The notes beneath the pieces were generated by a model, which did no database searches, was not told the origin of the DNA, and worked only from the letters and a program-made list of their open reading frames with translations. The position numbers were made by a program, and so were the translations under genes. A stretch of DNA of 64,000 nt from Pristiophorus japonicus (taxonomy: Eukaryota): positions 1 to 64,000 of the forward strand of contig NW_027253631.1 in the NCBI RefSeq assembly GCF_044704955.1, in the 5' to 3' direction. Shown one piece after another: positions 53,556 through 64,000 of the stretch (positions are counted from its first letter, which is position 1; each line of letters begins with the position of its first letter).

Positions 53556-54110
53556 GTGACATGGCTGATCATGCAACTTCAGTTCCCCATTCCTGCTTTT
53601 GCTCAATACCCCTTGAGCCCTTTAGCCGTAAGGGCCACATCTAACTCCCTTTTGAATATATCGAACGAACTGGCCTCAACAACTTTCTGTGGTAGTGAAT
53701 TCCACAGGTTCACAATTCTCTGAGCGATGAAGTTTTCCTCATCTCAGTCCTAAATGGCTTACCCCTTTTCCTTCGGGAGAAGCTGCCGGATTGTTGTAAA
53801 AACCCACCGGGTTCACAACAACACAAGAATTAGGAGCAGGAGTCCGCCATTCGGCCCCTCGAGCCTGCCCCGCCATTTAATAAGATCATGGCTGATCTTC
53901 GACCTCAACTCAACTTTCCTGCACTATATCCCTCGATTCCCTTAATATCCAAAAATCTATCGATCTCCGTCTTAAATATACTGAAAGGCTGAGCCTCCAG
54001 CCCTCGGGGGCAGAGAATTGCAGAGATTCACCCCCCTCTGAGTGAAGAAGTTTCTCCTTATCTCAGGTTTAAATGGCCGACCCCTTATTCTGAGACTGTG
54101 ACCCCGATTC
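53556..54110 (-). mobile_element. Two further CR1 3'-end fragments
   Basis: Plus-strand ..TTCACAATTCTCTGAG.. and ..CTCTGAGTGAAGAAGTTTCTCC.. remnants with 3' UTRs. Confidence 0.75.
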
Positions 54111-54727
54111 ATTAATGTTCTTCAGGGAAGTGAACCTGCCGCCCCCTCCCCGGTCTGGGCCTACATGTGACTCCAGTCACACACACCCCCAGGGCAACTA
54201 GGGATGGGCAATAAATGCCAGCCACACTGACCTGAAAAATTAGAAAGGAAATCTAAGCCCTTGGTGATAGAGCGATTGCAGTAAAAGGCAATTAATGGCG
54301 GTGATTAATGAACTCTCAGAAATAGGGCAAGGATCAGACTGGGCAGAGATTGATGTAAACGGACACGTTATCACAGGTGACTCCATTCCCCAGAATTTGA
54401 CGGGGGGAAAGAAATTGCTAAAAACTAAGGAACAAGTGTGTGTGTGTGTGGAGGTTGTGTAGGATAGAGAGGGTGAGAGTAACAGAGAGCGAGAAAGGAG
54501 AGAGAGCAAGAATGAAAGAAAGACGCATTTATATAGCGCCTTTCACAACCACCGGACATCCCAAAGCACTTTACAGCCAATGAAGTACTTTTGGAGTGTG
54601 GTCACTGTTGTAATGTGGGAAATGCGACAGCCAATTTGTGCACAGCAAGCTCCCACACACAGCAATGTGATAATGACACGACAATCTGTGACCACACTCC
54701 AAAAGTACTTCATTGGCTGCGTAGCTC

Positions 54728-55170
54728 TCTGGGACACCCTGCGACTGTGAAGCCCCCGGTGGGACACCCCACAGGGACACCCTCCCCCCCCCCCCCGGGG
54801 ACACCCCCCAGGGACATCCTGCGACCAGGGACACCCCCCGGGGACACCCCCCAGGGACACCCTGCGACCGGGGACACCCCCTGGGGACAACCCCTCTTAA
54901 ACACCCCCTCTGGGACCGTGAAGCCCCCCAGGGGACACCCCCTGGGGACACCCTGCGAACCTGAAGCCCCCCGGAGACACCCGTCTGGGACACCCTGCGA
55001 CCGGGGACACCCTGCGACTGTGAAGCCCCCCGGGGACACCCCCCCGGGACACCCCCCTGGGACACCCTGCGACTGTGAAGCCCCCCGGGGTCACCCCCCC
55101 GGGAACACCCTGCGACTGTGAAGCCCCCCCGGGGACACCCCCCCGGGAACACCCTGCGACTGTGAAGGGC
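54728..55170. repeat. Compound repeat GGGACA(C)n / CCTGCGACTGTGAAG expanded inside a SINE tail
   Basis: Flanked by SINE-tail sequences CATTGGCTG and GTGAAGGGCGCTATACAAA. Confidence 0.75.
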
Positions 55171-55239
55171 GCTATACAAAGGCGAGTCTTTTGTAAAAAC
55201 AGGAAAACAAAATAAAAACCTGGAGATCAGAATTTGAAA

Positions 55240-55320
55240 ACAAAGTTGTGATGAAAGGTCACGGACCGGAAACGTTTCTCTGACCCCAGCCGCGGCCGGA
55301 GCTGCTGAACATTTCCAGAG
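55240..55320 (+). mobile_element. Penelope-like pseudo-LTR remnant with a degenerate minimal hammerhead motif
   Basis: (G)TGATGA-AA-GGTC-ACG-GACC-G-GAAAC; the first C of the CTGANGA core is mutated. Confidence 0.45.
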
Positions 55321-55364
55321 CGGGCGGCACGGCGATATCAGTCGGTCATCTTCCACCCTGGGAC

Positions 55365-55883
55365 TGGGGGGTCAGTGGGGGTCAGAGCGGGGTGGGTGGG
55401 GGTCAGAGCGGGTCAGAGCAGGGTCGGTCGAGGTCAGAGCGGGGTCGGTGGAGGTCAGAGCGGGGTGGTTGGGGGTCAGAGCGGGGTGGGTGGGGGTCAG
55501 TGTGGGTCAGAGCGGGGTCGGTGGAGGTCAGAGCGGGGTCGGTGGAGGTCAGAGCGGGGTCGGTGGGGGTCAGAGCGTGGTCGGTGGAGGTGAGAGCGGG
55601 GTCGGTGGGGGTCAGAGCGGGTCGGTGGGGGTCAGAGCGGGGTCGGAGGGGGTCAGAGCGGGGTCGGTGGGTTTCAGAGCGGGGTCGGTGGGGGTCAGAG
55701 CGAGGTCGGTGGGGGTCAGAGCGGGGTCGGTGGGGGTCAGAGCGGGGTCGGTGGGGGTCAGAACAGGGTCGGTGGGGGTCAGAGCGGGTCGGTGGGGGTC
55801 AGAGCGGGGTCGGTGGGGGTCAGAGCGGGGTCGGTGGGGGTCAGAGCAGGTCGGTGGGGGTCAGAGCGGGGTCGGTGGGGGTC
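55365..55883. repeat. 21-bp minisatellite GGTCAGAGCGGGGTCGGTGGG
   Basis: Direct reading. Confidence 0.92.
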
Positions 55884-56169
55884 CTTCTCATCTCAGTTTT
55901 AAATGGGCGACCCCTTACTCTGAAACTATTCCCCTAGTTGTAGATTCCCCCACGAGGGGAAATATCCTCTCTGTGTCGACCTTGTCGAGCCCCCTCAGAA
56001 TCTTATGTTTCAATAAGGTCACCTCTCTGTCTTCTAAACTCCAACTTACTCAGCCTTTCCTCATAAGTCAACCCCTTCATCTCAGGAATCAACCTGGTGA
56101 ACTTCTCTGAACTGCCTCCAATGCCAGTATAATGTTGTCTTTGGGGACAGATGGACAATAGCCGCCCAT

Positions 56170-57075
56170 TGGCAGTGGCTCAGTGGGCAGCACACTCGCC
56201 TCGGACTCACGTGAGGCGTGGGTTCAAGTCCCGCTCCGAAGACTTGAGCACATAAATCTAGGCCGACACTCCCAGTGCAGTGCTGAGGGAGTGCTGCACT
56301 GTCGGAGGGGCAGTACTGAGGGAGCGCCGCACTGTCGGAGGGGCGGTACTGAGGGAGTGCCGCACTGTCGGAGGGGCAGTACTGAGGGAGTGCAGCACTG
56401 TCGGAGGGGCGGTACTGAGGGAGTGCCGCACTGTTGGAGGGGCAGTACTGAGGGAGCGCCGCACTGTCGGAGGGGTGGTACTGAGGGAGTGCTGCACTGT
56501 CGGAGGGGCGGTACTGAGGGAGTGCCGCACTGTCGGAGGGACAGTACTGGGGGAGTGCTGCACTGTCGGAGGGGCAGTACTGAGGGAATGCCACACTGTT
56601 GGAGGGGCAGTACTTGAGGGAGTGCTGCACTGTCGGAGGGACAGTACTGAGGGCGTGCTGCACTGTCGGAGGGGCAGTACTGAGGGAGTGCCGCACTGTC
56701 GGAGGGACAGTACTGGGGGAGTGCCGCACTGTTGGAGGGGCAGTACTGAGGGAGCGCCGCACTGTCGGAGGGGCAGTACTGAGGGAGTGCTGCACTGTCG
56801 GAGGGGCAGTACTGAGGGAGCGCCGCACTGTTGGAGGTGCATTCTTTCAGGTGAATGGTTAAGCTGATTCCCTGAGGTCCTGGGCCAATACTTATCCCTG
56901 AAGATCACAAAAACAGATGATCTGGTCATTACCAGCTTGTTTTGTGTGGGAGCTTGCTGTGCACAAACTCGCTATCATTATGTTACACTTCAAAAGTACT
57001 TCAGCGGCTGTAAAGCGCTCAGGGACATCCTGAGATCATCAAAGGCGCTATATAAATGCAAGTTCTTCCTTTCAC
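56170..57075 (+). mobile_element. Deu-domain-type SINE with expanded 33-bp minisatellite
   Basis: A-box GTGGCTCAGTGG, B-box GGTTCAAGTCC, array about 56272-56836, tail GGCGCTATATAAATGCAAG. Confidence 0.8.
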
Positions 57076-57114
57076 AACCGTTTCTAATGCAAGACGATCA
57101 AGCTTGGTTAAAAA

Positions 57115-58185
57115 AAAGAAATACTTGCATTTATACAACACCTTTCACAACCATCGGATGTCTCAAAGTGCTTTACAGCCAATGAAGTACTTTATGAAGT
57201 GTAGTCACTGTTGTAATGAAGGAATCAATATTGGCCTAGGACACCGGGGATAGCCCAACCTGCTCTTCTTCGAAATAGAGCCATTGGATCTTTTACATCC
57301 ACCTGAGAGAGCAGGCGGGGCCTCGGTTTAACATCTCATCGCTCAGCGCTCCCTCAGTACTGCCCCTCCGACAGTGCAGCAGTCCCTCAGTACTGCCCCT
57401 CCGACAGTGCGGCGCTCCCTCAGCACTGCCCCTCCGACAGTGCAGCACTCCCTCCTCAGTACTGCCCCTCCGACAGTGCGGCGCTCCCTCAGTACTGACC
57501 CTCCGACAGTGCGGCGTTCCCTCAGTACTGCCCCTCCGACAGTGCAACACTCCCTCAGTACTGCCCCTCCGACAGTGCGGCGTTCCCTCAGTACTGCCCC
57601 TCCGACAGTGCGGCACTCCCTCAGTACCGCCCCTCTGACAGTGCAGCACTCCCTCAGTACTGCCCCTCCGACAGTGCAGCACTCCCTCAGTACTGCCCCT
57701 CCCACAGTGCAGCACTCCCTCAGTACTGCCCCTCCGACAGTGCAGCACTCCCTCAGTACTGCCCCTCCGACAGTGCGGCGCTCCGACAGTGCAGCACTCC
57801 CTCAGTACTGCCCCTCCGACAGTGCGGCGCTCCGACAGTGCAGCGCTCCGACAGTGCAGCACTCCCTCAGAACTGCTCCTCTGACAGTGCAGCACTCCCT
57901 CAGTGCTGCCCCTCCAACAGTGCAGCACTCCCTCAGTACTGCCCCTCTGACAGTGCAGCACTCCCTCAGTACTGCCTCTCCGACAGTGCGGCTCTCCCTC
58001 AGTACTGCCCCTCCAACAGTGCGGCGCTCCCTCAGTACTGCCCCTCCAACAGTGCGGCACTCCCTCAGCACTGCCCTTCCAACAGTGCAGTACTCCCTCA
58101 GTACTGCCCATCCGACAGTGCGGCGCTCCCTCAGTACTGCCACTCCAACAGTGCGGCACTCCCTCAGCACTGCCCCTCCAACAGC
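57115..58185 (-). mobile_element. Inverted headless SINE copy with expanded 33-bp minisatellite
   Basis: Reverse-complement tail and core (CCTCGGTTTAACATCTCATC) followed by the array at about 57345-58185. Confidence 0.78.
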
Positions 58186-58455
58186 ACATGGGAAATATAA
58201 AGTGATTTGTTCAGAATCTAACCGGACTGGTCACTGACTTCACACTGAAGCAAAAACGTATTCATTCCCTGAGCCTCACAGAATATTGAAGAACGGCAAA
58301 TCATGTGTTTCTGTCATGGGACAATAACTGCTCTGCCGTCTCCCACAATGAGGGCCCCAGAGCGTTCCCACCTTCTTGTTGATTTGTTTTGCACTTTTTA
58401 TATGAAACTAAATTGCTGCAGTTTGCTTTCATACCTAAAGAACAGGTATTCCGAA

Positions 58456-60650
58456 GTACCTGTCCTGGGAGTGTTTAGTGGGACAGTGGAGAGGGAGCTT
58501 TACTCTGTATCTAACCCCCTGTACCTGCCCTGGGTGTGTTTAGTGGGCCATGTAGAGGGAGCTTTACTCTGTATCTAACCCCCTGTACCTGCCCTGGGAA
58601 TGTTTGATGGGACAGTATAGAGGGAGTTTTACTCTGTATCGAACCCCCTGTACCTGCCCTGGGAGTGTTTGATGGGACAGTGTAGAGGGAGCTTTACTCT
58701 GTATCTAACTCGTGCTGTACCTGCCCTGGGAGTGTTTGGTGGGACAGTGTAGAGGGAGCTTTACTCTGTATCTAACCCCCTGTACCTGCCCTGGGTGTGT
58801 TTGATATGACAGTGTAGAGGAAGCTTTACTCTGTATCTAACCCCATGCTGTACCTGCCCTGGGAGTGTTTGATGGGCCATGTAGAGGGAGCTTTACTCTG
58901 TATAGAAACATAGAAAATAGGTGCAGGAGCAGGCCATTCAGCCCTTCTAGCCTGCACCGCCATTCAATGAGTTCATGGCTGAACATGAAATTTCAGTACC
59001 CCCTTCCTGCTTTCTCGCCATAACCCTTGATCCCACGAGTAGTAAGGACTTCATCTAACTCCTTTTTGAATATATTTAGTGAATGGCCTCAACAACTTTC
59101 TGTGGTAGAGAATTCCACAGGTTCACCACTCTCTGGGTGAAGAAGTTTCTCCTCATCTCGGTCCTAAATGGCTTCCCCCTTATCCTTAGACTGTGACCCC
59201 TGGTTCTGGACTTCCCCAACATTGGGAACATTCTTCCTGCATCTAACCTGTCTAAACCCGTCAGAATTTTAAACGTTTCCATGAGGTCCCCTCTCATTCT
59301 TCTGAAATCCAGTGAATACAAGCCCAGTTGATCCAGTCTTTCTTGATAGGTCAGTCCCACCATCCCGGGAATCAGTCTGGTGAATCTTCGCTGCACTCCC
59401 TCAATAGCAAGAATGTCCTTCCTCAAGTTAGGAGACCAAAACTGTACACAATACTCCAGGTGTGGCTTCACCAAGGCCCTGTACAACTGTAGCAACACCT
59501 CCCTGCCCCTGTACTCAAATCCCCTCGCTATGAAGGCTAACATGCCATTTGCTTTCTTAACCGCCTGCTGTACCTGCATGCCAACCTTCAATGACTGATG
59601 TACCATGACACCCAGGTCTCGTTGCATCTTCCCTTTTCCTAATCTGTCACCATTCAGATCATAGTCTATCTCTCTGTTTTTACCACCAAAGTGGATAACC
59701 TCACATTTATCCACATTATACTTCATCTGCCATGCATTTGCCCACTCACCTAACCTATCCAAGTCACTCTGCAGCCTAATAGCATCCTCCTCGCAGCTCA
59801 CACTGCCACCCAACTTAGTGTCATCTGCAAATTTGGAGATACTGCATTTAATCCCCTCATCTAAATCATTAATGTACAATGTAAACAGCTGGGGCCCCAG
59901 CACAGAACCTTGCGGCACCCCACTAGTCACTGCCTGCCATTCTGAAAAGTACCCATTTACTCCTACTCTTTGCTTCCTGTCTGACAACTAGTTCTCAATC
60001 CACGTCAGCACACTACCCCCAATCCCATGTGCTTTAACTTTGCACATTAATCTCTTGTGTGGGACCTTGTCGAAAGCCTTCTGAAAGTCCAAATATACCA
60101 CATCAACTGGTTCTCCCTTGTCCACTCTACTGGAAACATCCTCAAAAATTCCAGAATATTTGTCAAGCATGATTTCCCTTTCACAAATCCATGCTGGCTT
60201 GGACCTATCATGTCACCATTTTCCAAATGCGCTGCTATGACATCCTTAATAATTGATTCCATCATTTTACCCACTACGGAGGTCAGGCTGACCGGTCTAT
60301 AATTCGCTGTTTTCTCTCTCCCTCCTTTTTTAAAAAGTGGGGTTACATTGGCTACCCTCCACTCAATAGGAACTGATCCAGAGTCAATGGAATGTTGGAA
60401 AATGACGGTCAATGCATCCGCTATTTCCAAGGCCACCTCCTTAAGTACTCTGGGATGCAGTCCATCAGGCCCTGTACCTGCCCTGGGAATGTTTGGTGGG
60501 CCATGTAGAGGGAGCTTTACTCTGTATCTAACCTCGTGCTGTACCTGCCCTGGGTGTGTTTGATGGGCCATGTAGAGGGAGCTTTACTCTGTATCTAACC
60601 CCCTGTACCTGCCCTGGGTGTGTTTGGTGGGCCATGTAGAGGGAGCCTTA
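58456..60650. repeat. About 63-bp satellite (GTAGAGGGAGCTTTACTCTGTATCTAACCCCCTGTACCTGCCCTGGG..) split by a CR1 insertion
   Basis: Units at 58456-58903 resume at 60471-60650. Confidence 0.88.
58903..60474 (-). mobile_element. CR1 family B, 5'-truncated
   Basis: RT motifs from GPDGLHPRVLKE through QRVVNLWNSLP; (AGAAACAT)n tail. Confidence 0.95.
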
Positions 60651-61619
60651 CTTTACACTGATGTCAATGGAATGCTAACTCAGACGGAGTGTGATACCAG
60701 CTGCTGATTTGCCATGAACCGATTTACTATACCACCCAAAGGCAATTACAGCTTTGTGGAATGAGACACAGGAGGAGACCGGTCAGCCAGCCATGCCTGG
60801 TCGAGCTCACAAATTAATCCCAGTCCCCTGCTTGTTCACCATAACCTTGTAAAAGGTTTTCACATGAAGTATTTATCCAATTCTCATTTAAAAGATACTG
60901 TGGAACCTGCTCCCACCGCCCTTTCACACATTGCGTTCCAGATCATAACAACTCGCTGTGTAAAACCTTTCCTTATTTACCCCAATATTGTCTCCAAAAG
61001 TTTCCCCACTGAAGTCAGGCTGACTGGCCTGTTGCTCCCTTATACCCTTCACCTGCTTTCTCAATTCATAGAAACATAGAAAATAGGTTCAGGAGTAGGC
61101 CATTCAGCCCTTCGAGCCTGCACCACCATTCAATAAGATCATGGCTGATCATTCCCTCAGTACCCCTTTCCTGCTTTCTCTCCATACCCCTTGATCCCTT
61201 TAGCCGTAAGGGCCACATCTAACTCCCTTTTGAATTTTAAAAACTGCTTCTTCCCCAAGGAAAACAAACTGAAGTGTCCTTAATTCCAACAATAAATCCC
61301 GAGATATTTTTAATATCCGTGCAATGCTGACTGAGGCTGTTCATTATACCGGATGGGCCTCATACACTACATTACCGTATGAGGTTGATGGGTGTTTTTG
61401 TGACTGGAAGGATGTTTCCAGTGGGGTTCCGCAGGGCTCAGTACTGGGTCCCTTGCTTTTTCTGGTATGTATCAATGATCGAGACTTAAATGTTGGGGGT
61501 ATGATTAAGAAGTTTGATACTAAAATTGGCCGTGTGGTTGATAATGAAGAAGAAAGCTGTGGACTGCAGGAAGATATCAATGTACTGGTCAGGTGGGCAG
61601 AACTGTGGCAAATGAAATA

Positions 61620-63820
61620 CAAATCAAAGCTTTTACCGATATATAAAACGGAAAAGAGTGACTAAAGTAAATGTTGGTCCTTTAGAAGATGAGAAGGGGG
61701 ATTTAATAATGGGAAATATGGAAATGGCTGAGACCTTAAACAATTATTTTGCTTCGGTCTTCACAGTGGAAGACACAAAAACCATGCCAGAAATTGCTGG
61801 TCACGGGAATGTGGGAAGGGAGGACCTTGAGATAATCACTATCACTAGGGGGGTAGTGCTGGACAGGCTAATGGATCTCAAGGTAGACAAGTCCCCTGCT
61901 CCTGATGAAATGCATCCCAGGGTATTAAAAGAGATGGCGGACGTTATAGCAGATGCATTGGTTATAATCTACCAAAATTCTCTGGACTCTGGGGAGGTAC
62001 CAGCGGATTGGAAAGCAGCTAATGTAACGCCTCTGTTTAAAAAAGGGGGCAGACAAAAGGCAGGTAACTATAGGCCGGTTAGTTTAACATCTGTAGTGGG
62101 GAAAATGCTTGAAACTATCATTAAAGAAGAAATAGCGGGACATCTAGATAGGAATAGTGCAATCAAGCAGACGCAGCATGGATTCATGAAGGGGAAATCA
62201 TGTTTAACTAATTTACTGGAATTCTTTGAGGATATAATGAGCATGATAGATAGAGGTGTACCGATGGATGTGGTGTATTTAGATTTCCAAAAGGCATTCG
62301 ATAAGGTGCCACACAAAAGGTTACTGCAGAAGATAAAGGTACGCGGAGTCAGGAAATGTAATAGCATGGATCGAGAATTGGCTGGCTAACAGAAAGTAGA
62401 CAGTCGGGATAAATGGGTCCTTTTCAGGTTGGAAATCAGTGGTTAGTGGTGTGCCACAGGGATCGGTGCTGGGACCACAACTGTTTACAATATACATAGA
62501 TGACCTGGAAGAGGGGACAGTGTAGTGCAACAAAATTTGAGAATGACACTAAGATTAGTGGGAAAGCGGGTTGTGTAGAGGACACAGAGAGGCTGCAAAG
62601 AGATTTAGATAGGTTAAGCAAATGGGCTAAGGTTTGGCAGATGGAATACAATGTCGGAAAATGTGAAGTCATCCACCTTGGAAAAAAAAACAGTAAAAGG
62701 GAATATTATTTGAATGGGGAGAAATTACAACATGCTGCGGTGCAGAGGGACCTGGGGGTCCTTGTGCATGAATTTTCTCTAAGATTCTTTTCCTATACCA
62801 TTCGCCTCCAACCTTCCTCTTTCTGCTCATAGCTCTTGTGATGCCAACCCTTCCACTGCAGCCAGGGTTCATCCAATTCAGGATCTAATCTTGGGGCTGC
62901 AAAGACTCCAACCAGGCACAAAGAAAGTACACAGTAGATCTTCATCCTTTCTTCTTTGCTCCCTGCCGCTCCCGGGCTACAATCTATCGTACTCGTGAGC
63001 GCCACCAGTTTTTATGGATCGCGTCATCCCCGCACTGATACATTTTCAGCACTGATTGGCTGGCCCATCCAGGCACGGACCACACCCAGTCACGAGATGC
63101 AGTGCTCAGAGTGTGCTGTCGATTCATGAATCCCAAAAAGTTAGTTTGCAGGTGCAGCAGGTAATCAGGAAGGCGAATGGAATGTTGACCTTCATTGCGA
63201 GAGGGATGGAGTACAAAAGCAGGGAGGTCCTGCTGCAACTGTATAGGGTATTAGTGAGGCTGCACCTGGAGTACTGCGTGCAGTTTTGTTCACCTTACTT
63301 AAGGAAGGATATACTAGCTTTGGAGGGGGTACAGAGACGATTCACTCGGCTGATTCCGGAGATGAGGGGGTTACCTTATGATGATAGATTGAGTAGACTG
63401 GGTCTTTACTCGTTGGAGTTCAGAAGGATGAGGGGTGATCTTATAGAAACATTTAAAATCATGAAAGGGATAGTCAAGATAGAGGCAGAGAGGTTGTTTC
63501 CACTGGTCGGGGAGACTAGAACTAGGGGGCACAGCCTCAAAATACGGGGGGGCCAATTTAAAACAGAGTTGAGAAGGAATTTCTTCTCCCAGAGTCTGTG
63601 GAATTCTCTGCTCAAGGAAGCAGTTGAGGCGAGCTCATTAAATGTATTCAAGTCACAGATAGATAGATTTTTAACCAATAAGGGAATAAGGGTTACGGGG
63701 AGCGGGTGGGTAAGTGGAGCTGAGTCCACGGCCAGATCAGCCATGATCTTGCTGAATGGCGGAGCAGGCTCGAGGGGCTAGATGGCCTACTCCTGTTCCT
63801 GATATGTTCTTCTGTTCTTA
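61620..63820 (+). mobile_element. CR1 family A carrying a 351-bp host-gene insert
   Basis: Colinear with the 5057-6842 copy except for 62774-63124. Confidence 0.95.
62774..63124 (-). pseudogene. CTSL: Cathepsin L-like 5' fragment (promoter-like motifs, 5' UTR, signal peptide, start of I29 propeptide), apparently processed
   Basis: ATG at 62945: MKIYCVLSLCLVGVFAAPRLDPELDEPWLQWKGWHHKSYEQKEEGWRRMV*EKNLR matches the cathepsin L EEGWRRxVWEKN motif with W changed to TAG. CATGAAT on both flanks. Confidence 0.85.
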
Positions 63821-64000
63821 TGAAATGTGAGGTAATGCATTTGGGGAGGTCTAACAAGGAAAGGAATACACAATAAATGGTAGGACACTGAGAAGTGTAG
63901 AGGAACAAAGGGACCTGGGAGTGCAGGTCCACAGATCCCTGAAGGTAGCAGGCCAGGTAGATTAGGTGGTTAAGAAGGCATACGGAGTGCTTGCCTTTAT

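Larger units (their letters stand above)
61380..64000 (+). mobile_element. Older CR1 fragment (61380-61617, resuming about 63820) hosting a nested family A copy
   Basis: [17 protein letters not shown] before the insert and KCEVMHFG-like sequence after it. Confidence 0.8.

Overview
Vertebrate DNA, with repeat families and Ig sequences typical of cartilaginous fish; bases 142-1603 are mostly N. The window holds the constant region of an IgW (IgX/IgD-lineage) heavy-chain gene on the minus strand. Six intact C1-set exons are joined by phase-1 GT-AG introns: CH1 47782-47462, CH2 27322-27023, CH3 14319-14017, CH4 13938-13621, CH5 9734-9414, and CH6 plus long secretory tail 7805-7423. Two further exons are missing from the ORF track: a Cys-rich short-form secretory tail exon (25598-25468) and the probable start of a transmembrane exon at the window edge (29-1). 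No V, D or J segment was recognised. Introns and upstream DNA are filled with CR1 and L2 LINE fragments, Deu-domain-type SINEs and about 15 minisatellite arrays; almost all long ORFs in the track are artefacts of these repeats. The most unusual signal is that two of four copies of one young CR1 family are interrupted at the same site (GTGCATGAA^TCCC) by unrelated inserts. One is an antisense, apparently spliced cathepsin L 5' fragment with promoter-like motifs; the other is a 173-nt unit with an 18-nt direct repeat and a perfect 45-bp hairpin. This suggests a site-specific capture hotspot. Also notable are switch-region-like G-rich/WGCW arrays in the IgW introns (one directly behind a GC-CCAAT-GC cassette) and a minisatellite block flanked by a 21-bp target-site duplication.
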